A stretch of DNA of 64,000 nt from Fimicolochytrium jonesii. Taxonomy: Eukaryota. The DNA lies in NCBI RefSeq assembly GCF_025526975.1, contig NW_026515672.1, positions 744,001-808,000 of the forward strand. Direction: 5' to 3'. A program made the translations under genes and the position numbers. This document shows positions 24,151 through 35,921 of the stretch, piece after piece (the stretch's first letter is position 1; every line of letters begins with the position of its first letter). The notes beneath the pieces are model-generated. The model searched no databases and had not been told where the DNA came from. It saw only the letters and a list, made by a program, of their open reading frames with translations.

Positions 24151-27100
24151 TCAAGATTGGAAAGAGTCGATGATTGCGAGCAGTTTGGCTTTCGTAACGG
24201 GTTTCGTGACGTACTGGTCCATGCCCGAGTTCAGGCCGGCCTCGACGTGGTCCTCGCGCGCGTTCCCTGATAACCCGATGATGGGGATATGGTGTTCTTG
24301 TGAAGATGAGGAGACGTCTGGCGACCGATTGTTGGGATGGGCTTCCAGTTTTCTGATCTCTTTTGTTGCTGTCAGGCCGTCCATCTGGGGGTAGGTGATT
24401 GGGCGGGTTATTCGCTGTTGGAAGAGAACTGGGAGTAAAGATGCGTCGTCCTTACCTCCGGCATGATGATATCCATAAAGATCAGATCCGCCTCTCGGTA
24501 TAGCGAGAGGGCTTCCAGACCATTGTTTGCGATCAAAACCTTGTACTTTGCCGTCTCCAAGAACCGTATCATGATCTTTTGATTGAGAACGTTGTCCTCG
24601 ACGACAAGGACAGTCTTGATCATTTTCTGTGCTGGGGATCGTGCGTCCGAAAGGGCGGGCTGCACTGTTTCAGCACATCGTGCCGTGACAGGCTTCGCAA
24701 CAAAGCCAGAATCAGAGACCCTTCTTTGGTACACACGCGACGAGCAGGATGCCCTGGGTATTTGCAGCAAGTTGTCCCGCGCGCTAAGCCGCTCGGACGA
24801 GTCGTTACTGCTCACATCTGATGAGGTTCCAATTGATGCTTGACTCGACCTCGTCTCCGTAGGGGTGCCGCTGCGCGGTGATATTGCGCTCGCGACAAAG
24901 GTGAATCTAAAGTCGGAACCGAGTCCCTTCTCACTCGTGACCGTGAGTGCGCCGCCCATGAGCTCCGCGAGACCCTTGGAGAGGTACAGTCCGAGGCCGC
25001 TGCCGCCGAACTGGTGGTATTGTTGCGAAGTGGGTTGATGGAATCGTTGGAATAATGCGGTCCTTTCTTCAGGCGACAGCCCGCGGCCCGTGTCAGCTAC
25101 ACTGACGCAGAACTCGATGGTCGAGCGAGTGCGTGCTAGTATGGAGACGCTGACTGTGATTGAACCGTCGTCAGTGAACTTGACCGCATCTGCGATAAAA
25201 AGAGGAGATTGTGTCAACGGCCGATCGAGCTACTCATGTGCTTGCGCCGCATACAAGGACTTACTGGCTAAAAGGTTGACCACGACTTGAGAAACCCTCT
25301 TGGGATCTCCGATGCAGCGCACATCACCAATGGGAAAGTTGACCCGCAGATCCAACCCCTTCGACGAGGCCTGAACCTCAAACATCTTGCAGACGTTGTG
25401 TAAGGACTCCTTCAAGTCCATCTCAACCTGATCGAGCTTGATCTTGCCAAGGTCCAACTTGGAAACGTTGAGCACATCGTCGGTGATGATCTTCTGATGG
25501 GCGACACATTTGCCAATGGCGTCGAGGGAGTCTTCATCATCCACAAGCTGAGCTTGAAGTAACTGGATATCGTCATCCGTCAAGGAAGGCTTTGCTAGCA
25601 CCTTGCGTCGCTCCGCAAGACTTGATTCCATTAGTTCGACGTTGCCAGAGATACCGTTCAGCGGGTTTCGCAGCTCATGGCAGAGTGAGTCGATCCAATC
25701 CTCTTGCTGCCTCTGATGTTCTTCAGCCTCCTGGGCACGATGCCGCTCAGCTGTGCGTAGATCAGTGATGTCCAAGATGGTATGCACATGTCCGCGGACA
25801 TTGCCTTCTGAATCTCTGTTGTTGACCGTCTCGCCCGTGACCCAACGAATGGTCCCATCGCGAAGGACGAACCGATATTCGATTCGACTACCTAGCTCGG
25901 GAACTGCTTGATTGTCGCCACCGTTTCCCATGGGTACGTCAGCTCTACCGAGGGTAGCAGTGCCGATGGAGGCGGTGTTGAATGGCCAGATGCCTGATAG
26001 TCTCTCTCTGTCTTCTGGATGAATAGCATCGAGCCACCCAGAGAGGCGAATCTCAATGGGGGTCCTGTCCACCAGTTCACAAAAGCGCTTGTTGACGTAA
26101 TAGTCCGCAGCATCGCCGAACGCTGTGCCGTATACACCGACCGGGAGAATTGAGAGCAAAAGCTGACTCTCATTGCGCTCGCGGCCTAACGCACTCTGCG
26201 CTTGGTGAGACATGACATTCAACGAGGAATGTAGTGCAAACTCTGCGGCTTTTCGTTGCTCGTTCTCTTTTTGCAATGCCGTAACGGTATGCTGAAGCAG
26301 TTGTAGCTTGGTCTCGATCCCCTTGACATCATAGCCGGCTGGCGCGGTGGAGGAGAAGTTTCGCAAAACGTCGTCAACGGCCACACGCTCTTGAGTTTGC
26401 GGCAGATGCTTAACGATGTCGACAATTGGGGCAACTTTCGAGTGCAGGTTGCAGACTTCCACGAAGTACGCTCGCTTGGTAGGGTCTCGAAAGTAGTCCA
26501 AGCAGTAGCCGCAGAGGAGAGTGAAGCGATGCTTTCTGCGCAATTCGTTCCACATCGCTTCGATAGCGAGTACCATGTCGAAACGGTTCCACTCCCAGAG
26601 TAGGTCGACCATCTCGCCGTAGATATAAACGCGACCCGGGTATTGACTCTCTACTGAACGCACGAGATTGCCTACCACCTCATCGTACTTCCGCGGGCAG
26701 AGATCCCCGTTGGGAAGTTGTAGCACGCTGAGGACGTCCTCGGCATTGAGGAGGATGAACGAACCCCTTTCCTTGAGCTTTCCGACATCAATATCCCGAT
26801 GGCGAAGCTGCTCTTCGATCGCTTTGGTACGACGGGCACGTGCAACAACGATCACAGCGTTCCTTGCGGCCAAGTTGGGAGCGACGAACCCTGAATTGCC
26901 ATAAAGCCATCTTTCAAAAAAAACTCTTTCCATTGCTATAACCAAGGATTGATGACAATGAAATCCTTACCGACGACGATATTCAAAAGGTGCTCCTCAG
27001 ACTCCCAGAACTTGCATATGTGGTCCTCCGCATGGTCATGGGCGTGTCCCTTGTGACTGCGGGTTGCCGTAGCAGTGATGGGTTTGACGTGCGCAGCTAC

Positions 27101-27196
27101 GTCCCTGTACGTCAGAGCTTCCGCCGCAACTAGCGGTGCGGCCAGTTCTGGCGAATGGTACGGCGGCGGAGGTGAGCTTCCGGGTGGGGACGACAT
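24151..27196 (-). CDS. Hybrid sensor histidine kinase (MEDS-like sensor, coiled coil, PAS/PAC, HisKA, HATPase_c, receiver), 939 aa
   Basis: Exons 27196-26971, 26890-25265, 25189-24456, 24384-24151 total 2,820 nt in frame. H-box LCHELRNPLNGI, N-box NLLANAVKFT, G1 DTGRG, G2 GGSGLGL. Receiver VLVVEDN...DLIFMDIIMPEMDG...YVTKP. PAS motif WLDAIHPEDRE...EYRF...DGTIRWV. Confidence 0.93.
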
Positions 27197-27389
27197 TGTC
27201 TCGGGGTCAAGCGGACGTCGAGCGTCGAATGGTCGGGCTAATGGCTCAGCGTCAGCGGTCAGTCCTGAACCGTCGACAGTACGCAGGGTTGTCACTGTCT
27301 TTGCTGTAGCCTTCCTTTCTCACAAGTTCCCAGGGAAGATTGAGAGTAAGTCTATGCGGTATGACGAGAGAACTCGTCTCAACAGCAGC

Positions 27390-27430
27390 GAGCTCAGCAA
27401 CACTCATCATTGAGCTCAGCAACACTCATC
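27390..27430. repeat. Exact 19-bp direct repeat (GAGCTCAGCAACACTCATC x2, 22-bp period)
   Basis: Copies at 27390-27408 and 27412-27430, about 200 bp upstream of the kinase ATG. Confidence 0.9.
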
Positions 27431-27773
27431 TCAAGATCAAGCTTGACGGGTGCGCGGGTAATCTCGGCACTCTCGGTTTATAAATGATCGGCTTCTGACG
27501 TAACGTCCACGCACCCGGTAACAGGAGAGATCGGCGCGTTGCAGATCATTCCGATCCTTTGTCACCCAATCGGAGTTGCCCAATGCCCACTCTTAATGTG
27601 GGAGAGGAGTTTTGGGCTGTTTGCTCGTCGAAGGAATTGAAAGTAGAAGCGATTATAGTACGTAGTTTATGGTAGAACGAGTTACTATCCTACGTATATA
27701 CTGTATATACAAGGGTTGCTATCAACTGACTCAAAAGGGGGCATTACAAAAGGGCTCTTGATTCGCGAGTGTC

Positions 27774-29413
27774 TCACTGGAGGCCGAGGAACCGGGTCGC
27801 TGAGTTACCCCAACCTCCCATCCACGAGCCTTCCTCTTCCGCTACTTCCGTCTCCTCCCACATCTCCTTCTCGGCGGGCGAGCTGGGTACTTCAGCCGGG
27901 GGAGTGCGTTTAGTCTGCGTCTCCGTGACAGACACATTGACCGCAGTCGCTTTGATACCTTTCGCAACCTTATCCTTATGCCTCTGAATATGTGTGCGTT
28001 TCACAGTGACGCTCTTGCTAGAAATTGCTGAGACTTCGACTTTGCGACGCTTGTGGTTTTCGCGTGGAGTGGTGTGCACATGTTCGCGTGCGACAATCGC
28101 CTCTTCCGCTGCAGTAGCTATGGCGGCCGTCGGTTTACGGGTGGTGGATGGACCGGTAATCTTCCCAGCATTGATGGTCGCCAGCTCTTCCCACTCTCGT
28201 TTCCGTTTGCTCACCACTCCGGCAGGGACCAGTGGCTGTTCAGCGATGTTCTGCGTTGCCACTGATTCAGACATGGTAGGAGTTTCATGTGAAGTCTCGA
28301 GAACACTATCTGTTCTGCGCGCCGGAGTGGATTGTGTGGGTGCGTGCGCGATGGTTGGCGCGCTCTTGGTAAGCTTGGGCGATGCTTCCGCAGCCGAAAT
28401 TGGAGACGAGGCCGAAGAAGAAGCCTGGCTCTTCACCTTCTTCCGAGTTTCGGAGGGGGACGTTGACGACACTTGACTTCCATCGGCTTTCCTCTTCTCA
28501 GCGTTCGATACTTTCCGGATGTCAGATTTGGTCGGAGACCGCGTGGATGATGCTCCTTTTCGTTTCGGAGGCGATTTGGGCTTCGATGGCGGCGGTGAGG
28601 CAAGATCGGTGGCTTTCGATAAGAAGTGTTGGCGAGGGCTTCTGCGAGGTGGTGGCACATCCCCGTCGGCGGACGTGGGTTTTGGAGCGGGGGATGGTAT
28701 GTGTTCGGTAGATTCTGGATAGCTGACAGCCTCCTCGGGTTCAGTAGCCTCTGGATAGCTCACAGACTCCTCGATAAAGGCATCAGGGGCACCATTCGTC
28801 TCAATCTGCGCTGGTTGAGCACCCAAAGTGCGCTCCGGCGATGCGACAGGGAGCTTCACGCCATCAGCGGGAGACCCATTGTCGATCCGGCCCTCAAATA
28901 TCGCCCTTCTTGAGCGGAAGTCAAGGCAACCCTCCGACTCGGCGGATGATTCCGATGCCTCCTCTCGGCGTCGTACCGACCTACCAAAGTACTCATGTAT
29001 TCCCGGCGGCGTTTTCGGAGCTGTCCACTTGAAAGGTTCAACAGCCGCTCGGCGGACGGCATCCGCTGTAGAGGCAGGATTCGAGGGACCCCCCTTTTCA
29101 AAGGCTTGAATCGTCTCTCTAACGCTCAATGTTCGCACTCCGTAATCCGACGCCTGCAAGTCGACAGTTGTCCCAGTTTCGATCGCGACAACACGATTTC
29201 GAACTTTGCCGCCGTTAAGGCCACGAATTAGCCCGGAGTGTGAGCATTCTGTCTCTCCGGTTTTCATTTCGGATTGCAAGGAATGGATAGCTGTTGGAGA
29301 AGGTACACTATTAGTGTTTTCTGGTCCGTCATTCGCCCTTGCAAAGACTGAGATCTAAGATCAGTACCTGTTGAGACGCGTCCAGTCTTTCGAGAGGTTG
29401 GGGATGCTGGCAT
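27774..29413 (-). CDS. Hypothetical low-complexity Ser/Pro/Lys/Glu-rich disordered protein (2 exons)
   Basis: The 501-aa ORF is extended by an upstream exon MPASPTSRKTGRVST that splices in frame (G|gtactg...ccaacag|CT). Confidence 0.6.
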
Positions 29414-29889
29414 CGTTCTACCACGGGCACGACGGAGTGAAAGCCTTAAGTATCTGAGCAAGCTAGTCCAGGCTGCTCGACGATTGCGTTAGCGTCCTAA
29501 GCTATGTAGTTAGGTCTGGATCCAAGTGTGATGTTCAGTTCTAAATGAAGTGTAAGGGGAGGCTTGGCAGCCGCCAACGTCACTCATTGACAGTCACAAA
29601 CCGCATCTGTCAAAAAGTGGGACAGAATTTTGACGGGTGGTCTTCAATGAGGTTACTCCACAGTTTCGCTTTGCCTCCCTTTCGCTTTGAGTTTGAAGTC
29701 GGGGGACTCGGGGCCATCTCATGATCGGGCAAATATGTTAACCTCGGAAGAAAGCCATCGGGGGCTCACGAACCACTAAGAGACTGGTTTCTTTCGACTT
29801 TTCGATTTCTCGCTTCCATCCAACTCGCTTGAGACTCGGGTATCTGCTGCTACACAGAGAATTTGACTAAAATGACCTCAAACAACTCC

Positions 29890-30679
29890 ATGCCTCGAAT
29901 TGGGAGCGGTGCTGTCCCCATCGCGCCCACCTCCGGTATCCCTATGCGGGACGCTCCAGGAGCTGACCAACAGATGAGCAAAAGCACCCCGCACATTGAT
30001 CCATTTCACAGGCATGTTTGAAGGGCGGCTTTCGGTATTTGACATGGCTGTTTTGTTAGAGAGAGTCTCACGTCTAATCTCTCTATATCTTGCAGCCTTG
30101 CTGGGCTTTTCCATCCTCATCGAACGCAAGATGAGGCGCACGTACAAATCGATCTCCTACTCATAAAGCTCAATGGCTTCCGTTCAAATGCTAAATCTCT
30201 GCATGATTCGAACTCCCTTCTAGACAGCGCCCGGCCACTTGAACCCAATCATGCCTGCTTTCGGTGAACCACGCAAATCTTCAGGTAAATGACCATGCCC
30301 AGTATTCGGACGAGCGTTGGCACAAAGGCCACTCACATACCTATCAACCCCTCCAGAGGAATTCCTCAATTCTCTCCGCCACCGTCTCGCCATCCCCATC
30401 GCGACAAGAAGCCATATCACTTCATCCGGCTCCGAATACGGCGCAGATGAAGACGATCAAGCCGAAGATGGTGAACATATCCACCTCTCTCGATCTGCAC
30501 CCGAGTCGTCATCTTTGAGTGCGTCAGCAATGGCTTCAAGCTCATCTGACGCTGGCGAGCATCGAAGCGGATCTCTTTCGACGTGGTTGCATGAGACTGA
30601 GGAGAGATTTGTTGAGAACTTCACCCGTGTGTTGACGCCTGTGGAGGATATGATGCTGGAGGGCGGATTTACCGTCTAG
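29890..30679 (+). CDS. Small hypothetical protein (about 4 exons)
   Basis: Exons join in frame into the terminal exon ending ...LSTWLHETEERFVENFTRVLTPVEDMMLEGGFTV*. The 5' structure is uncertain. Confidence 0.5.
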
Positions 30680-31257
30680 AATGTCTGATGTATCAAGTTG
30701 CTGAGTGTGTGATCTCACGGTGCGGAGAGTTACTCTGAATGCAATCTTTCGAGCTAGTCAACCAATTTCCTTGTGCGCATCCGCCCCAGATGTGGCTTCC
30801 CATTATCTACGCCGTGTATATATGTATGTAGTGGATGCGTAATAGCATAACAATGGTCCGGTGAACGAGTTCTGTTTCTAAACCATGCCTCATGGTGAGA
30901 TTCGGACTTCTCCCATGTCGGTGGCAGGGTCAATGACAGAAAGCTTTCCACTTCCAGTCGAGCAACTTTTGCAGGGCAGCATCCGATGTTCGAGCGCGTC
31001 AAGAAATTCACCACGAAGCAAATGTGTTTACGTCGTTGATGTGTTTACAGTCCCCCCCCACAGTGCCTGGATAGAACCGCTCAGCTCTATACGCACATGC
31101 TACCACTCCACCGATCCTAAAATCTGAGATCCTCTTTGAACCCACCGACGTATGGCCTACGTGTGACTCGCTTGACACCTGTGGCCCATCCCCTCATTGC
31201 TTCTCTAGTCTTGCGCGCCCGCATTGCCCTTGCGAAGTAAGTTCCCCTTGACCATGC

Positions 31258-31705
31258 TTATTCGGCCAGCGCGGGCTTGTCCCAGTCATCGCCAAACTTT
31301 CTCAGAGCTTGATTCAGCGAGGTTAGGGACCTGCCCGTTGGTGGATGCAATTTGATCCTCTTCGCATCCACTTTCTTGATAGTATCAGTAATATCCTCGT
31401 TGTCCTCGTTGGCTTTCCGTTTCACATAGTCGATGATCGTTTTACGCCGATTGTAGAGGCGTCGCTCAGCATCGAAACACCATGTCAGCCTCGCGTCCAT
31501 CTCCTGTACCTTTGCATTCAGCTGAGCTATGGACGCATTGACTTCCCTATGCGACTCGAAGGTTTTGTGCAATTCCCGGGGTCCTCGATGGTCTTTTGCA
31601 CTCCTGACGAGGTGCTCCGATCGCGTTCTTCAAGCTGTGATGAGATTTCTTGATGCTTTCCTTCAAGGCGTTCCGTTTGCGTGAGGAGATTTATCTTGTT
31701 TAAGT
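31258..31705 (-). pseudogene. Coiled-coil hypothetical gene with an apparent 1-nt frameshift near 31578 (pseudogene or sequence error); 5' exons unresolved
   Basis: After a CTAAC...TTCAG acceptor, the reading TERLEGKHQEISSQLEERD...KTIED continues as a coiled coil only in another frame (RELHKTFESHREVNASIAQLNAKVQEMDARL). Confidence 0.4.
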
Positions 31706-32226
31706 CTGAAGGTTCAACAGATGTTAGCAGGCCAAACGACACCATCGAGAACTAGAAACCGCTTTTGGGCACCACCCTGAGGCAAGCACCAAGATGCAAG
31801 CTGCGTAGGCATCTTGCTGGTCGCCTCGAGTGGAAGTCCAGCGATGGCACCCTATGTAGGCTGGTTAGCACAGACCCTGGCGACGAGGTATCGATACATC
31901 GTATGTACAGTACGTACAGGAACCTCGGACGAGTTACGGTACCACCTGATGCCGAGAGAGTACGAGAAAGTCGATCTCGATCTCGAGTTCGGACAACCCG
32001 GTTTTCGGACTGCATGTGCAGCCGGCTCTGGCTGGGCAGCTGCAAACTGCAATGCATTGCATGCACTCTTTCCCCGCACAAGCGCAAAAGTTCCCACCAG
32101 TGTAGTTTTCTGAGGATAAAGCGTCTCCCCTCTGCAACTACCCTTCAAAGCGACCCCAAAGAGCACCCATTTGGGCAAGGTGTCTAACTCAGTTCGCCGT
32201 TGAAACCCTCCATATCCTCAGCGATT

Positions 32227-34457
32227 ATGACCACAATGGAGGACGATCGCCGACCTGACCAAGATGAACCTCTGCATAAGCGACGGAAGCTGGGTATGTC
32301 TCCCTCTATATATCGTCTGGTGCTATTGATGCCTGTGTGCAGGTCTCTCTTGGCTGCACTCTTCGTGAAGAGAGCTTTTCAGACTGACTAAAATGTCCCA
32401 TCACCATTGCAGACTCCGCTGCAGGTGTTAGCTTTGAATCACAACCTGTCAACTCAGACAGTCGTGACGAAGGCGACGAGGAGGGCGACGAGGAGAAACG
32501 TGAGCTAGGGCCGTGGGAAACCTCCTCTAACGAAGCCGTCTACTTGAAGTTCGGTATGGTTGCGAGCTCATGCTGAACGTCAAGACTACTCCCGTCTCTT
32601 AACAACGTCGCCCGCAATAGTGAACAACGATATGTTAACGGGCGCAAATAGAAAGGACAAGTGGATGACAGAGAGAGAACAACAAGTATTTCATCCGGAG
32701 TTTACGTATCCGATATTTGGAATGGAGGAGGTCATCTATGGATACAAGGATCTAAAAATCGACGTAAGCACGTCGGCGTTAACGATGTATGCGGTACGGT
32801 GCATTCTGACGTGGTTTTTTCCCAGATCCATTGCTCTGCTTCCACTCTGTACACGTATCTCAGCGTGACGCATAATGGCACTGCAGAAGGCCTCACGACG
32901 AGGAAGCCAGACGATGTCGTGTCGCTCCTGAAGCAGTACCTCCCGCCAGACGTTACCGAAGACCTTGATTATTTCAATAGGCGCGTAAGGGCAGACGAGG
33001 ACTGCTTCGTACCTCTTGGCGAGCCGATTGGGGAATACCTGAGCACTGAAGAGAGGGATGTGTGCTATGAACTTTACCATGTAAGTTGACGTTTTTCAAC
33101 AAGGGGAATGTCCTGCGTATCGCAGCCGCTCGACCAAGACAACGAACTGAAACTCGTACCTTGCGCGCATAGGTCACATTCATCACACCCGGTTTCGTCG
33201 ATTTGCATCGTAGATTGCAACCCTTTCTCCTCTTCTACATTGAGGGAGCATCCTACATCGAGGAGACGGACGAGCGGTGGCAGCTTGTCTTATTGTGAGT
33301 TTCAATCCAGCTCTCCATATGTACTTCGTATGCACTTTTACTTACGCGTTCTTCGCGCCTACCTTCAGATACGAGAGAAAGTCACGCGACAAAGCCAAAC
33401 CGCTTTACTCGCTAGTCGGTTATATGTCCTACTACCCATTCTTCTATTACACACCACAAGCGTTGGACCATCAAAGAGTCCGAATAAGGTAAGTCGCCAC
33501 CGGCAAGCCCAGGAAGGGTTAACGTGGGACTCACTGCCTCCCCTTGCTTCAGTCAGTTCGTGATACTGCCTCAGTTTCAACGTAGGGGGCACGGACGTAG
33601 GTTCAAACTCGCAAATTACCGAACCAGCGCAGCACTTGACCTACCAGACTGATGTACCCTACGGTTCCTACAGCTAAGCTATATGAGAAACTGTACCAGT
33701 ATTTCCTATCACAAAAGCATATTGTAGAGATTACAGGTACGAATCGGCATCAAATTGCGTCGTGTCTTTGTGGCCCCACTTCCGTCTCCCAACACCACTT
33801 TCACATCGTGAACGCAGTCGAAGATCCTAATGAAGCCTTTCAACGGCTCCGCGACAAGCGTGATGTGATCATGATGCTGCGGTCGCGTATAGACCCATCC
33901 AAGTATCTGTATCCTGCCGCTTCGAAGGTCAATGGGAATGAGCACAAGGAGTCGGGGGCTCAGAAAGACGCCGTAAAGGAGCTGGCGAGGAAGCTGAAAC
34001 TGAACAAGGTGCGTTGCCCAGATATTGGTCTCCGAGGACATTTGGTGTCGAAGTCGAGAGTGGGCAGTCGCTGGTGCTATAGCATGCTTTCATGCTAACC
34101 GGCCCCTCAACGACTTCCATCCAATCAGCGTCAAACACACCGGTGCCTCGAAATGTTGCAATTCCGGACCATAGAGGAGCGGGGGATATCCACGAAGGAA
34201 GGCAAGAAAGCATTGGCTGCCTTCCGGGTTGCGGTCAAGCGGAGATTGTTCCGACAAAATGAGGTGCGTATGGTTGCGGGGGCCCATTTTGAGTTCCTCA
34301 TTTACTGATGAGTCTGTTCTACGCTTCTTCATAGGAGGCTCTTTCATCCATGGAACGAAAAAAACGACTGGAAGCCTTAGACGAGACGTTCGACTCTGTG
34401 ATGGAGGAGTACGAGGCCGTCCTTGAACGGTTGGATCCCGACGAAATGCCAATGTAA
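32227..34457 (+). CDS. HAT1: Histone acetyltransferase type B catalytic subunit (multi-exon)
   Basis: Motifs FHPEFTYPIFG.EEVIYGYKDLKI, LFYIEGASYIE..DERW, RVRISQFVILPQFQRRGHG and EITVEDPNEAFQRLRD. Confidence 0.95.
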
Positions 34458-34940
34458 TGACTGATTCGGGCGGGGAGAGCTGCGAGTTGCTGGAACGGCG
34501 TATTTATTCAGTACGCAGAACGGTGGGCAACGCCGCGGAAGTGCGTCGAAGTCCTTGATATCACTCAAACCTCGACACGCACTGCGCGCGCACCAAACTA
34601 TGGAAGCAATTCGGTTTCCGCACTTCATTTCTTATGATTACAGTTCTCGAAGTCAAAAAAATACGAGAGACGAGCGTGGAGGTACTGACGCAGCAGTGTA
34701 TCGTCAAGGATGCCAGTCAACGTTGTACATTTTCCAATAGGGCATTCTTCGCCCTCCCAAATGCGAGATTCTTTCAAAATGTCTATCATTATTGCTCCAT
34801 TCCGCATGGGCAGGCTGACACGGTTTCGTTCTCCTTCCTCTAATACCCCCCTCCGACCTCCAGTAACCAAAATTGCCCCGGTCCATCGTCACTCCGTAAT
34901 GGCCAAATTCGCTCTTTGCTTTCCAGAGTAAGCAGTGTGT

Positions 34941-35417
34941 TCACCGGAAGGCCCGACCGGTGGAAGGGCTGGCGTTCGTGCTTGTTGCCGACAAGTAGTA
35001 GGTTGCCTTTGCTACCAGATTGTAGGCGGTTGAGGGGAGATACCAGTAAACGGCGTAAACGATGAAAAAGGCGAAAAGGAGGATAACAGTGTCTACGAAG
35101 AGAAGGTGGTCAGCGTTCGAAACCAGAACTCGAAACCAGAAGAGGGCTACTGTCCACTCTGATCGAAGAGGTATACTTTCTCCTTCACAGAATTGGAGGG
35201 ACATCATATACTCACTGAAGCAGGCCTTTTCCCACGGCTCCATCATATACAAGCCGAAAGTGTACTCATACTGCTTCAGTTTGATTGCCAGGAAAGAGCG
35301 AGCGGGGGCTGGGCCTTGGCGTGGGCGGTATGCCTTGTGCACATGACCGTCGGCAGTCACTGTTGTCGCTGACGAGGCCGAGGCCGTTGCGGATGGACGG
35401 ACGTGCAGGTTGGCCAT
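34941..35417 (-). CDS. Serine palmitoyltransferase small regulatory subunit (SPTssa/DUF3317-like), 2 exons
   Basis: QYEYTFGLYMMEPWEKACFNTVILL...YWYLP, the family signature Y.....LYM.EPWE...FN. Intron 35215-35093. Confidence 0.88.
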   Translation of the reverse strand: MANLHVRPSATASASSATTVTADGHVHKAYRPRQGPAPARSFLAIKLKQYEYTFGLYMMEPWEKACFSEYMMSLQFCEGESIPLRSEWTVALFWFRVLVSNADHLLFVDTVILLFAFFIVYAVYWYLPSTAYNLVAKATYYLSATSTNASPSTGRAFR

Positions 35418-35921
35418 TGTGGTGCTGCTCGACGGTGGACTGACTGAGAGTGGTAAAGCAATGGGGAGTTGCTTTGGACAGCGACGAGTTTTCGGAGGTT
35501 GGCAGCAACTTGGCAGTTCCGAGTGTCTTTCAGTCTCAAGGTGGTTCTGACGACAAATGGGGCCTACTTGCGGTCCAGCTTTGCGGCCACCCAACAGGCA
35601 GGGATCCGCCGGAGCGCGAAACTGGGCGCGTCTGCAATTGCTGAACGAGATTCGGGACTCGGAAATCCTAATAGTCGTACCGTTTGCGCAGAACGCATAC
35701 GTTGCTGACGCCAGAAAGGGAATATCGCCATATTGCTCCTTCGTACTTACCATGCCAAGAAACGCCGCATTGACGATGCTGGGCGACGGCGACAACTTGA
35801 AAAGTGGCAGGGTGCTTGTGCGGGCTTGCCTCGTACGTCTTTGCCCTGCACCCGTTTCCTCTTGATCTCCCGCAATTCTCTGCCTTGCAGCAGGTTCCCA
35901 CCACATCAGAAGATATCGACG

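Noticed and set aside
27390..27430. Direct repeat as a CRISPR or transposon end
   Set aside because: Only two copies 3 bp apart, eukaryotic context, and no cas or transposase genes.
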